NCBI RefSeq assembly: GCF_006345805.1
Contig: NC_043005.1
Location: 86,366,001-86,430,000, forward strand
Source of the DNA: Octopus sinensis
Taxonomy: Eukaryota
Direction: 5' to 3'
Length of the DNA: 64,000 bases
In this document: in pieces, positions 38,620 to 53,082 of the stretch
Position numbering within the stretch: position 1 is the first letter of the stretch
Layout: the number at the start of each line of letters is the position of its first letter
Position numbers and translations under genes: made by a program
The notes under the pieces: model-generated
Database searches by the model: none
Seen by the model: the letters and a program-made list of their open reading frames with translations, nothing else
What the model was told of the DNA's origin: nothing

Positions 38620-39270
38620 ACAACGTCATCGCCAATTGTCCTTGCTGAGCCCTTTTCCCATATGTTGTATCACTCCCCCTCCCAGGGGTGTGGTGCTTGT
38701 GCTGTTAATGCAATGACACAGCTTCGTTCTTCTACTACGACGTTGTTGTTCTGCTGGTGTTCTTGTTGCTGCTGCTGCTGTTGATGAAGAAGATGATGAG
38801 GATGACGTTGAAGGTGATGAGGATGTTGAGGTTGATGATGATAAGAGGTTGATGATGATAGTAATGATGATAATAACCATGATGTTGAGAAGGAGGGGTT
38901 CGAGAATGAAGAAAATGATGATGATGATGGGGATGGTGGTGGTAGTTTTAATGTTGCTGTCTATGGTGACGTCGGTGATAACGATGATGACGACAACGAT
39001 GACGACGACGATGATGATTATATCATGTTCGATGTTGACGATGATGGTGATGTGTTTAAAAAAAGTAATAGTAATAAATGGACTAAATCGGACAGGTTAG
39101 GCAACAGTGCGAATCCTGCCGGAGCGGTGGTTAACACCAGTGTTGATTTTCTCACTAGTGGGGACAGCAGCGGTGGTGGCGCCTCTGTTACGGTTGTTGT
39201 TGTTGTTGTGGTTGTCGGTGGTGGTGGTGGTAGGTTTTACTGGTTGCTTCAATGTGTCTTCTACTAAGTA
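38620..39270. other. GC-enriched mixed trinucleotide low-complexity region, transcript-like
   Basis: Cryptic GAT/GAC/GTT/GGT repeats interspersed with unique sequence; several partial open frames on both strands. Confidence 0.5.
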
Positions 39271-39980
39271 ACAAATTATGAAGTTCTGCAGTTAAAATTA
39301 ATGACTGAAAATATCGAACTATTGATGCGCGGTAAAAATAACCTATGAAACACTTCTTACTTTTGTTTGTTGTTTGACGAGCGTCTAGGGGAAGTGAACA
39401 CAGGGGGGGGGGTACGGGGGTTATATTTGCCGGGGAAAATGATCTATTACTTTCGCAAATTGTTCAGAGATGGAAGGAGAGACTGAGATAAAGAAATACA
39501 GACAGACAGAAAGAGACAGATAGGGGGAGGGGGTCAGAGGAAGTGACAGAGACATAGAGTCGTCTGCGAAGAAGGCAATGTCGTAAAATGTTTGTAGTCT
39601 TAAAACAGAGACTGTATTATATGATCGGTGGTTTTGTTCTTACATTATTATTTATAAAGAATATTTCCTCGACTTGTTTTGCTAGCACAAAACTGTTCAG
39701 TGTCTTGTTATGGTGTTTTCAATCAGAATTTTCTGTATGGGAGAGAGGAAAAAAAAAGAACTTTTTTCAATTGTGATAATAAACAACGTTTACTGTCTAT
39801 TATTTTCTTTCCCTCTCAATTTTAAATGCAAGAATAAATGTGCCTGTAAATATGATATATGCGTGTATATATAATACTTAGTGAATGTATACACACATAG
39901 ACACACACACACACTCAAAGAAATACATACACACCCATATATGCATACATAAAAACATATATTTACCTGTTCATCGATCA

Positions 39981-40041
<61 letters not shown>

Positions 40042-40089
40042 TATACATACATATATATAGATGTGTGTGTGGTGTGTGTGTGTGTGTGT

Positions 40090-40530
40090 GTTATATGGCC
40101 GTGTGGTAAAACGTTTGCTTCACAACTACATGGTTCCGAGTTCCATCTCACTGAGTGGCACCCTGGCCAAGTTGCTTATATTATAGCTTCGAACCGATCA
40201 AATCGTGAGCGGATTTAGGAGAAACTAAAAGAAACTTGTCGTATATGTATATATATATATATATTTGTGCATGTGTGTGTGTATGTCGAGAGAGAGTGTG
40301 ATGTGTGTGTGTGTGTGTGTTTCTATCTGTGTTTGTCTTCCACCGCTGCTCGACAACCAGTAATGATGTGAACAATTTCCTGTAAACTAGCGGTTCGGCA
40401 AAAGAATCGATAGAATAAGTACCAGGCCTTTGAAATAATTAGTTGCATGATCGATGGAATCGACTAAAAATTCTTCAAGGTTGCGCCCCAGCATGGCCGC
40501 AGTCTAAAGACTGAAACGAGGAAGATATAA
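40090..40530 (+). mobile_element. SINE family B, diverged
   Basis: Head, microsatellite, body (CGGTTCGGCAAAAG..ATAGAATAAGTAC) and CCAGCATGGCCGCAGTC tail. Confidence 0.8.
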
Positions 40531-42634
40531 AAGAGAAAAATTCATATTGCAAAATGGCGTTTGAAATTGTATAAAATTTCTATAACACATTCGTTTCTGC
40601 CTTTCTCCTGGAATGCCATGTTCTTTGAAGAGAACTCAGTGAATATGTCCTCATGAAAGTACCCTGTATGAAAATACAAATACTTTTAATGTTAAGTAGT
40701 AAATCCTATGCCAATACCTCCTAAAGCCGATTGACATCACTAATACCACGAATGTTTTGGTAAATATGAATAAACATCACTCATTCTCACTTCGTCTATT
40801 ATTATTATAAACGTGTGGTCAGTGCGAGAAATCAATTATATCCTTGCAAATGGCGCTGACAATTTTATTCAGGACGGAACAAAGGAGAATGAATATAAAA
40901 AAAGAGGAAAAGAGGAAAATTTAACACGGTGTAGAGTAGTCGTAATGTCATGTGATGAAACGATGAATGCAGTGACATGTTTCACTTAGATTGGTCAATA
41001 CAAAAGGAATTAGTCGGCAATTCAATTAGTCAGCTGGTCATATTGGTGTCTGTACATAATAATAACTGACTCAAACAAAGATTGTATTTGAAATCACGAA
41101 TCGTATAGAATAGCAATGAAGAAACCACAAATGTCAAACGATTGGACGATAATGTAAAAGGTAACAAAGTTGAAAACCTACACAGACTAAGCAGGTCAGT
41201 AATTAGTGAGAATAATTCTAGAATAAATAAAATGATGGGGAGCTGGAAAGGTCTGATGTTTAAAGAACGTGACATATTACAAAACGAGAGTTTGTTTCAA
41301 TAATGTCGCTCTCTTCGCTGAAATATTTAACGTTTCATAGTCTTTTACAGAGTTAATGGAATCGGTTAGGGACCACTAAGCTTTCAGTAGTAGAAGGTAA
41401 GCAACCGAGTCCCAGTTTATTTTGAAGTAGACCAGCATTTGACAGGAAGAGAATCAGTCATTTTTCAGAGTAAAGAGTGGATTCATGGCTTAGTGGTTAG
41501 CAAATTCGGCTCACGATCGTAAGGGCGTGTGTTCGATTACTGGGAGCGAGTTGTGTCGTTGAGAAAAACATTTTATTCCTAGTTACTCCACTAAGATGGC
41601 GAAAATGCGTGGTACCTGTAATTCAAAGGGCCGGCCTTGTCACATTCTATCTCACATTAAATCTTCCTGAGAACTAAGTGTCTGTGGAGGTCTCAGCCAG
41701 TTGCACGTTAATTTTACTAGCAGGCTGTTCCGTTAATCGGATCAACTGGAAAGCTCGTTGTCGTAACCGATGGAGTGCAAGTTTAGAGAGAGAACAAACA
41801 TACACAGAATGTTATTACTGAAGTTTTTTGTGAAATATAGCCAAAAATGTTAGCCGTCACTGCTTTTATAAAAAAAAAATATATATAATTACTCGATACA
41901 TGAGATTATGGTAGATATTTGTATCGATATTTTCTATACAACTACACGGTTGACAAGGGAGCAATTGGATACTGCTGTTTTTGGTTTATTTATTCTCATC
42001 AGTGATCGGTTTCCCTACATTTTAAAGCCACTATGAAAATCTCTTTAAATCAACTACCGTTAAGCCTATGACCAAATTGAATAGACTGAAGTCTCTCTCA
42101 CGAGTGCTGATACCCATAAGACCGGATTTTGCCCCGATTGCCATGGTGTATAAATCACTAAGATTATAACCACCACCAGCCCACTGGGTGGGACGCCGGT
42201 CACTCACAGAGTAAAATCCCCAGTTATGGCTATAACGTATTTACAGTTGAGTCTATTGGAACACCGTGAAGTGAAATGTTATGCTCAAGGATAAAATGCA
42301 CCGCCCGATCCGGAAACTGAAACCCCAGTCTTACATTTGTGAGTGCAATAACCAAATCAAGAGCCGGAATTTGAACTCAGAACGTAGCGGCAGACGAAAT
42401 ACCGCTAAGCATTTCACCCGGCGTGCTAACGTGCTAACGATTCTGCCAGCTCATTGCCTAGAAAAGTGTGGCACTTTTCTACCGTCCTGTTGTACTTACC
42501 ACATACGTTTCCGGGCTTAAATAATACCACAGCATTCGTGAAGCGGTGGGAGCACAAGCACAAGACAAACACGCAAACGTATAAATAAATAGAAATACAG
42601 ACACACATATGCGCGCGCACACACACACACACAC

Positions 42635-42746
<112 letters not shown>

Positions 42747-42999
42747 TATATTCACTAAATTCGTTTACGGAAAACGCTTTTCAATATGCATATAAAAGCA
42801 CCTATCAATGCCGGATACAGCCTAGTGATACCAAACTAGCAATAGCAATTTTGGTGGGGTTGCACCGAGCTGTAACGATGTAATATAGGATAACTATTGT
42901 AATAGTAATAATGATAATCCATGGATTTGATTTTAAATATCTTGATGCAACGCTACGCGCGAATAAATGAATCGGAATATGTATATCCATCTGTAGATC

Positions 43000-43060
<61 letters not shown>

Positions 43061-43979
43061 TATTATTATTATTATTTTTGTTATCATTATTATTATTATT
43101 GTTGTTATTATTACGATTATTATTATTACTATTATTATTATTGTTGTTATTATTATTATGATTATGATTATTATGATTATTATTATGATTATTATTATTA
43201 TTATGATTATTAATATTATTGTTGTTGTTGTGGTTGTCGTTGTTATAATCATTATTATTAATATTGTTATTATTATTATCATTATCATTACTTATTACTT
43301 ATTGTGTTTGTGTTCACATCTCGCAAACGTCGCGTTAATTTGCCAAAGAAATCACTGGATATTGGCTATAAATAGAACTCATCGAACCACGTCTTCATCT
43401 CCACGGGGTTAGTGAAGGAAAGACTTCACAGCTTTGCCAGCCTTAGGACAATTGACGTAAAGGAAGGGAAGCAGGTGTCGAAATGGCTCATTATTTTATC
43501 TCCATTGCCCGTCATTGTTGTGTTCCTGAAAAGAAGTAAAAAGTAATGTAATTTCAAAAAGCCTAAACGAACGTTGTAGGGGAAGACTACAGCAACAAAA
43601 GAAATTCGAGGAAACACTGCAATTAATATATATTCTTCGTGTTAATTGAAGGAAACAATTTATCTGCGTAGAAAATCAGCTTAATCTATTTGCCAAAATC
43701 AAATACCTTACACTCTCTCTTTCAACTGTTCCTGCCTTTAAGCTGCGGCCATACTAGGGCACCACCTCGGAAGGCTTTGTTTCAACAAAATGGGGGCATT
43801 ACCGTTATTTTATTTAGTCCGTCTTTATTCTCTGTTTATTTGCCGACGATCTGCTACTCTACGGTTATGTAATTACATCCACACCGGTTGGCAAGCAGTT
43901 TTGGACACACACGCACACCCACACACAAACAAACACTCATATAAACACACGCACGCACACGCATATACAGATATATATA

Positions 43980-44041
<62 letters not shown>

Positions 44042-44131
44042 TATATATATCTATATATATATATATACAGACAAACATATATATATATATATATATATAT
44101 ATGTATCTGATTGTGTGTGTGTGTGTATACC

Positions 44132-44174
<43 letters not shown>

Positions 44175-44229
44175 GGAGAGAAAGAGAGAGAGAGAACCTG
44201 TCCTTACTGCCCGCTGCCATCAGGAACGA

Positions 44230-45064
44230 CTACAGTCTGCTCCACAGCACATAGTGGCTACATCAACAATGGAGGTCGATAGTCTTCTTTGATGGGAGCT
44301 GGTACCACGTTCCCACCTCGAATATCAGATTGTGAGTGTGGCGTAGGAAATAATGAACGCTAGAGAGGCGCATGTGTCATAGAGAGAGGTGGCCAAGGCA
44401 TCATGGTTTGGGGTGTTATAGACCTGAATCAGAGATTTGGGTCCATGCGTTCCAAAATGTTGGTGCAGGTAGAGGGAATGGCATCACAGCGCAGGGCTAA
44501 GTTGCCCAGATCCTAAGACCTCACATCGAGCCCTTCTTTGCGCGCAACCATATACACGTGTTCCACCAGGACAATACTATCCACCACACGGCCAGAGAAA
44601 CCATGAAATTCTTGTGTCACCGCAACATCAGAACCAAGCCGTTGCTGTCTCTCAGCCCAGATATGGATCCAATTGAACCCTTGTGGGATGAAATCCAGAG
44701 ACAGCTGAACCAGGTGGTCCCAAGGCCGACAACTATGGTGGAACAGGAGGCAGCTTTCCTCAGGGTGTGGCGCATGTGCCATTGGCTTTTGTGAATCGCT
44801 TCATGAACTCCATGTACCGACGGTGTATGACCGTTTTGAATACCCAGGAAGAGCATACACGGTATTGAACATGTCACGCCCTACAATTTCGATATGCTGT
44901 ATCCGCCCACTATCAGAACACATAACAACGACCCATAGACTGTGGTCAAAGTGCATCCAAGAAACAGACGTTTTCTGAATTATCAAAATTTATTTGTGAC
45001 ATAATGAAATTAAAACATATTTCACAGTGACACACGTCTCGCGCTTCCTTTGCGGTTCAGTGTA
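44230..45064 (+). mobile_element. Tc1-family (DD34E) fragment with right terminus
   Basis: GGQGIMVWG, FHQDNTIHHTA...LSPDMDPIEPLWD (34 residues D to E). Ends GGTTCAGTG-TA. Confidence 0.85.
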
Positions 45065-45179
45065 CTAATTTAATCTGTTTAATAAGTTTTCAAACACAAT
45101 CCCGCCATATTGTTTCAAAATTCCAGTTTGTGCCCCGGACTCCCTCTGTCTCCCAGCAGCGTTGGCAGTTGCCGAAGAA

Positions 45180-45600
45180 GAAGCTTAAAGTGGGATTTCC
45201 ATCGAAACGTGGCATGGCACTGATCTGTTCAGTGGTGCTCAATATAAAGCAGACACGCACCAAGGAGGGTCCTAGTACAAGAGATGCTGTTTGCTGAAGA
45301 TAATGCACTGGTTGCCCACAGTGCTGAATATATACAGAAACTTGTAGATAACTTTGTCAGAAATGCACAACAGTAAAGCTAAAAGATTAATATCAGGAAA
45401 ACCGAACCCATTTACCAATTTCTGGAAAACTTACCTGCCTATGTAAGAAGAGAAAACATGACCATTAAACATGAAGCGCTGGTCCAGAGCAAAGCAATCA
45501 AATACATAGGTAGTACCATCTCAGATAATGAATGACTCGACAAGGAAATCACATACTGAATGAGCAGGGCGAGTACTTTAGTTGATAACCCATGATAGAC
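45180..45600 (+). mobile_element. RTE-clade LINE RT fragment
   Basis: VLVQEMLFAEDNALVAHSAEYIQKLVDNF...KINIRKTE, the YADD-region signature of RTE/BovB-like RTs, with stops. Confidence 0.75.
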
Positions 45601-45659
45601 TTATCTGGTTCACTAAGCCATAATAATTTGTGAAATAACAACAATGATAATAATTGATA

Positions 45660-45850
45660 ATGGTGGTTTCAAATGTTTGCGCAAAGCCAGCAATCTCGGG
45701 GATGGGGTTAGGTGGATTACGTCGACCGCAGTGCTCAGATGGTACTTATTTTATCGATGAAAGGCAAAGTCGACCGGGCGGAATTTGAACGCGGAACGTA
45801 AAGACGGACGAAATGCTGCTAAGCATTTTGCTCTGGATGCAGACGATTCC
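45660..45850 (-). mobile_element. SINE family A
   Basis: Reverse complement with an internal deletion. Confidence 0.75.
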
Positions 45851-46576
45851 CTCAGTCCTCCATCTTCCAAACTATAAAGTTTGGGATTTAGACAAAAATA
45901 CAACAGAATATCTGTGGAGCGAATAAATAGATTGAATGGATCCATCTCATGACTAAATCTGTATTTTATCGACTCGAAAGAATTAAAATTCGAACCCGAA
46001 ACCTAAAATGTGGGTATGTTTCTTAGCACTTTAGTCATTTAAATTCTTGGAGAGTCAGGTACGAGAAGTCGAATAATTCTTCCGTGGAGAAACATGTAAA
46101 TAGTTGGTTTCAGAAAATATTTCAGTAGAGAGATCTATCCAGACGCAGCTCAAATGCTAAATTTAGTGACATCATAAATATAAGTTCAGATTTGACCTTC
46201 TTTTGCGTAGATTAAAATAATCTGGAATGATAAGCGCTGAACAGATTATTCTGGACTGTTTTCACATGTATGTAGATATAACTGCGTTGCATGTGACCAT
46301 GGATGCATGCAGTCTTCTGTGCGATAATTCGTAAAACTGTATTTAAAATAGATAATGGTTGTGTACATGTATTAGCATGTGTTTAAGAGCATGAGGGGGG
46401 GAGTGAATAGCGATAATGACATAAAAGGAGAACGAAAGGAACATTGATTGATCTTTTGAACGAGAGTGATGAGGAGAAATACAAGGTGAAAGACATAGAG
46501 AGATGGTTGGCAAAAGAAGACGCTCGACCGAAAATGTAGAACAAGAGCAGGAGACGCATACAAATATTGTACACAT

Positions 46577-46615
<39 letters not shown>

Positions 46616-48948
46616 AATATATAAATATATAAATATATGCATACATATATATATATATATATATATAATATATATATATATAATAGAAGTAAGAAAGGTA
46701 AAGTATGAATGAGAAGAGAATGGATGCAGAGGATGTTGAAGGGAAAACGTAACTGATGAAGGATGGTTGCAACCGAAACAGGAAGTGAAATATGAAACAT
46801 TGAATATTTTAAACTAAATAAAATGAAAGCCATTTATTTTATTTTCTGTTTGGATTTTTTTAAAATATTTTAAAAATAATATTTGTTTATTATCTGGAAC
46901 AATTTATTTTGAAAAGCAATAAATAAAAATAAATTGAACGGGGTTAAAGGTTAATGAGCATGGTTTTGATTGATTAGATTTCAGCAAAAGGAAACCTTTT
47001 GAACATTAAGAAGTCATTTTACTTTAGGACTTCCTCCTTCATGACGATGCCTACATCAAGAATCGTTTGAAGAATGGCGCTATTGTGATTCTTATCTATG
47101 GTTCGCAGGCTTACAACTTAATATTTCAAAATGAATCTATTGTTATTAAAGTGAAATGTTGTTTGATGTTGTATCGTTGCTATTTTTGTTGTTGTGTTCT
47201 AAAATATTTTTTTTTGTATAGAATGATTTCATGTATTATTTTTTTTTCATTTATTTTATTTTATTTATGTTTTTTATTTCGCTCTGAATTATGTATACAT
47301 TTCTTTTCTTTCAATAAATAAAAGAAAATATTCAACTAGGAAAAAATAATTTACACAAATATATTCAATAGTCTATTATAGACTATTAATATCGTACCAT
47401 TAATAAATTGCAACAATACCACAGCGGTGTTCTAGGAATCCTGAGTGTTGGGAAATTTCTTGCAGCCAGCTCTGAGATTCCAGAACTGAGTTCAAAATCT
47501 ATGGCGAGAGAATTTGCCATTTATCGTTCACAACAATTATATTTAATAGCAATTTAATTACGAAAGTAATTAAAAATCAGGTAAGCAACTCTTAAAAAGG
47601 CCTAAGTGGTTAGTGGTGGTTATAATTCATGAAATAGTTAGATACAAGAATTGCAAGGTTAGCGAACTGAATGCGTTCGGCGCTTCGCTTTCACGTTTCT
47701 TTATATTCTGAGATCGAATAACACCAAGTGTGAATTTGTATTTCCTCCCTCCATGGTCGGGTCAATAAATGAACAGTAGTAAAGTTGTAGAGACACTCGA
47801 ATCGGTCAAAAGTATATTGAAGTATGCCTGGTTATGTGTGAAAGTTACGCAACGAAATCAGTATATTTAGAGAGGTAAATGAAGGTAAACGCTGGATGAT
47901 AAGTAGATTTATTGTAGCAGCGGACCGGTGGTAAATTTTCTGTTTCCCCACAGAGTTCAAATTTGAGATAATTTTCTTCTAACATCCTTTGCAGATCGAT
48001 TAACGTTCAATTACAATCTTTTATTTTATAGTTATAGCAGTCATTGCACTGTGGCCATGCCTGGGCACTGCTTTGAAATATTTTAGTCCAACAAACCGAC
48101 TCACGAGACTGGTAGATAATCTGAGGGTCCGTTTTACTGAAAAGCCAACTAAGAGAGACGTGCACTGAGCAACACCGGTTATCAAGTGGTGGTGGTGGAA
48201 AACAGAAACACATAGAGATACACAGCTAAACATATACGTGTGCCTGTGTGCATGTCTATCTGAAATTTCTGGTATTGTGCTAAAATTTGAAACCATTATC
48301 CAGTCCCATAGTAAAATTAAATTTACATTATGTTATTTGCGTTCAGTGGTAGAATAACCAATGAAGTCCTGCGTAAATGACATCCAGTATATTATTCCGA
48401 GAGTCTGTGAGTCTTTGTGCCAATATTAAAATGATCAGTTCAGGAGTATTTCATCGACTGTTCCATTTGATCGCAAGTGCATATTAAGTGATGAATATTT
48501 GTGTCTTATGCACTTTATAATATGCGTAAAAGTTTCATACCGGGAATAAACAATTCCGTTCACACACACATACATATGCATACATATATGCATGCCCGCA
48601 CTTACATAATACACACATAGACACGTACATACATGGATGCACTTATGCACAACACACACACATATATGTATACATACACGTATACATATGCACATTCTAA
48701 CGTATATACACACATATGATAATTACATAATCAAAATCTACAGGGCACACTTTCTTGTAGATTACACCAGTACCATAAAACTTCACGTACTCAAGTTCTA
48801 CATAGAACAAATAATTTCAACGGTTGTTTCTAACGGTAAACGCTACGCGTTCATGGTGTTAGACTACCAGCATAAATGGCCTTATAATTGCTCCTGTTTT
48901 TGTTGCAAAAAGGCTCACCCCAAAACTTATGATAACACTGGATAAAAA

Positions 48949-50090
48949 TACACGAGGGCTTACTCAAAAGAGACCGGTACCATGCAATATCATTTCGGTC
49001 ACTTAGTTTTACATGTTTACACTTTTATCGCCTTCAATGTATTCTCCATTTTAAGCAATACATCGGTTGAGACACGTTTTCCATTGTTCGAAGCAGTTCT
49101 GGAACGCTTGCCAAATGATCCTGATATGGCCACCGTCGTTGTTTTTCCTTCACCTCTTCCACATCTTGAAGGGCTTTTTCATTCGGGGGAAGAAAAAGAG
49201 AAAGAAAAAACGCACAGGGAGCAGCATCAGGTACATCGGGAGTATGGGTATGCGGGGTCATGCTACTTTTGGTCACAGACTCTCATAAACTCAAGGCGGA
49301 GTTCACAGGCATATCCACTTTATAAAACTACCACTCTTTACGTTGCCATATGTCGGGGCGTTTTCGTCTCACTGAGTCTCGGAAACGCTTCAGAATTGTC
49401 AAGTAAAAAGCCTGGCTAACAGATTGACCAGGAGGAACAAATTCGGTGTCGAAAATTCCTTTCGCATCAATGAAACTAATCAGCATAGTCTTGATATTGG
49501 GCTTCACTTAACGTAGTTTTGGGGGGCGTGGTGATATTGACTGGATTGCTGCTTCGTTTCCGGGTCGTAGCCGTAGCACCAGCTTTCGTCACCAGTGATG
49601 AACTTCGAGGAAGATTTTGCATCAAATTCCAACTGTTTTTTTTTTCAGTTCACAACACGCATTCAGTCATGACTGCTTTTGATCTTCCGTGATCATGAGA
49701 GGCACAACTTTTGTTGCTTCTGTTTTCATTCGTAATTCCTCGCTCAAAATTCGTTGCCAGGATTTCCAAGACGCACCAAATATATTAACAAGTTCATCAA
49801 TTTTTCAGCGATAGTCCTCCAAGATCTGTTCATGAATTTTCGTGATATTTTTATTCGTTCGGGAGGTTAATGGTTGCCCTGAACGAGGTTGGTGTTCAAA
49901 GCGACAAGTGAACATTCCTTGTAAGCCCTTTCAAACATGACAACCGTTTCGGGCACTGTTTTCCCCAGCAGAAAACATAATTTCACGGTAGCACGCTGTT
50001 CCTTCTTTTGAGCAATCGCAAAAATTGAAGAACAGGCGGAAGCACTGCAAAACAAAGACGCACCGCTTGGCAGTAAAACTTCAAGCAATA
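48949..50090 (-). mobile_element. mariner-like element, degenerate, one terminus
   Basis: EQRATVKLCFLLGKTVPETVVM N-terminus, eroded YSPDLAPCDFFL motif (PDAAPCAFFL), TA-CACGAGGG terminus at 48949. Confidence 0.8.
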
Positions 50091-50139
50091 AGAAAGAATT
50101 CCATCAAAAATTCCCGAAATAGACAAAGTCATATCCCAA

Positions 50140-50487
50140 ACTTTAGAATTTTCTGTGTACTTTACTGCACACAAACTCATTTCTCTCTTCGCTAATAGAA
50201 AGACCGACATCGGGTGTTTTCTGGTAGTTTCCAGGTAATCTTTATACAATGATTGTAATATGTCTGATGGGTTACATCTAATCCTTCTTCGTATCCCTTG
50301 TTTGACTAATAGTACTTTAGAATTTTCTGTGTACTTTACTGCACACAAACTCATTTCTCTCTTCGCTAATAGAAAGACCGACATCGGGTGTTTTCTGGTA
50401 GTTTCCAGGTAATCTTTATACAATGATTGTAATATGTCTGATGGGTTACATCTAATCCTTCTTCGTATCCCTTGTTTGACTAATAGT
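50140..50487. repeat. Perfect 174-bp tandem duplication
   Basis: 50140-50313 is identical to 50314-50487. It produces the repeated 58-aa block in ORF 49983-50525. Confidence 0.92.
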
Positions 50488-53082
50488 ACTCCTTCGCCCA
50501 GTAAATAAGTTTCGAATAATACCAAGCACTACTAAAAGACAGTATTAGATTTTATGAAAAACCGGGTGTTATTGTTGACAAAACGTAGCCGCGTAAAAGG
50601 CATCCGTTTTGCTTCCAAAAGTAAAAACAGAAATTTTTTTAAAATTATGTCGCTGTGTAAGATGAGTCTCCTACAACGAATAAAATTTATATTTGTGACT
50701 GAATTATGCAGCCGAAACCCTGAATGATTAAAGAACTTGCCCTGATACTCACATTTTCGTAAACTTATTTAAAAGTTGAAATTGATAAGAAATTTCTGAA
50801 CAGTGTAGACTTTAATACATAATCCAAACTAGTTGATAAGCATTTTTGATTCTAGTTTTGCTGTAGATAACACTTCCAAATATTCCTTCTGAGGAGTACA
50901 TTAGTCTAGTAAGCTGTTGGCCGGATTTGAAAGAGTAAAACCTTTAGCATATGGCCTCACTGGTTAAGGAATATAAGAGAAATTATCAACTGTTATTCCG
51001 TCTCAATAATCGGAAACTGCGAATACTGTAAATTTCTCTATTATATTACCAAACAGTGAATGAATTACTCAGACATTATTTATTGATCACATATATCTAT
51101 GATAATCCTAATTATTTCATATAATGAGATTCAATTGCCGACATGTTACTGATATTTATGAGCACAGAGTGTCTGTTTCAAAACTGCATTACGGGTGATC
51201 AGAATTAAGCACGGCTCTGGAATTAAACAAATAAACCATCGATAATTAAGCAGTGGTCAGTCTTCTTAGAGCAATTGACTGCCACTCAACACAAGACATA
51301 ATTAAAAGAAACTAGATGGAGTCGATGATTTAAAATTGGAAGTTACAGCTGCAGACTGAACACCGAATATTCTCTTTATTCAATATGGTACCAACCCAAC
51401 AGCGCATCTATGGACATCTATAGACAGCTCTAACAACTATGTTGGCAATTACGAATGAATGTACATAAGTACGTAACCTGAAGAGCAATAGTCTGTGGTT
51501 TGTACTTAGGTCTCTGTAATCGAGAAGAATAAAGTGTACAGACTTGCAATTAGAGAAGAGAAAGACGTTACAAAGAAGAGATAAGAGATGTAATCAATGC
51601 TGTATAGAGAGTCAGATGTAGGCGGATGCGAGGGAAACATTATCAATGATAATCATAGTGTATGTATCTATCTATCAATATGTGTGTATATATATGCATA
51701 TGTATATATGCACATATATACACAAGCACATATGTACACACACACCTATATATACATATATATGTATGTATATGCGTGAATATATATACATATATATGTA
51801 TATGCGTGTATATATATACATATATATGTATATATATGCGTGTATATATATACATATATATGTATATATATGCGTGTATATATATGAACGTATGTATACA
51901 CATACCTATAGACATTTATAGACATACATCCATATACATAAATTCATATTTACATATACACACACACACACACAAACATATATATATATATATATTTATT
52001 TGTATATCACTACGCATCATCTTCCAAGTAAGTTTCATCTTAATTTTGATGCGCACTCTATACGATTGTTTTACTCTTTCGATTTTCTCTCTTTCCCTCT
52101 CTTATTCTTTTACTTCGTCTTCTCCCACTAGTCTATCATATCACTTTGTCACTCTGTCCCTCACTCGTCCTCCCTTGCTCACGTGGTTTCTACGTGACCA
52201 TCGGTCATCTTTCTTTCTTCTAACTTGTGTTTCTTTCCCTCCGTTGTAGCTGGAACAAGGAAGACGTGTTCTTATCTGTCTCCTGTCCAAGCTTGATTTA
52301 CGCGTTCGCCACCACAATCTCGTTTAGACTTAGTAGCCCTTCCTGTTTGTGTTAACAATTTTGATCCTCCGCAAAATCCCAAGCTATATACAATTTGCTT
52401 TGCGGTAGCAACTGTTTTAATGAAAGCGTATAATGTTGTTAAATGTTTGAAATATGAGAGTAGAAAAACAGCCAATAACTGATGAAGGGTCGTTCTTTAT
52501 GTTGTTTGTTTTGTTTTCCATTTGTGTCTTTCGTTGTTCGAAAAAATAGTTCATATTCCATGTACTCGTACTTCGTATTTAAAAGCAGCGAAAATATCAC
52601 AAAAACTGTTATTCAGAGTTTCACGTTCCCGTTCTTCGGACAGTTTTGCTTAGAATGGAACAAAATAAGGTCATATGCATAAATATACGATTAGTTTGAT
52701 AGAGTCACATTTTTATGTGAAGTATGTGTGTGTGTGTATATCAGTTGGCTAAGAGAAACAACTCAAACAGACTCTGGAAGGAATATGAAAAACTGGATAC
52801 GCGTAAAGGTCTGTTATATATCTTACAACTTCAATTATTACTAGAGGAGGACCAGTGGCTTCGAAATTAATGTTACTGTCTTTTGTGTGTGTGAGAGAGA
52901 GTGAGAGATAGTGAGAGAGAGTGAGAACGAGATAGTAAGCACATATAGAGCGAGATAGAAAGCGCCTAAGCTCATATAGAAAGAGAAATATATGCATTTA
53001 TAGGCATGCTTAAATGTACATAGATACGTACTCATATGTGTGTATGTACGCGTATGTACGTGTGTAATCATGTGGAGAAATA

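Noticed and set aside
38626-38661. MGKGLSK myristoylation-like start
   Set aside because: The frame stops after 11 codons with no usable splice donor.
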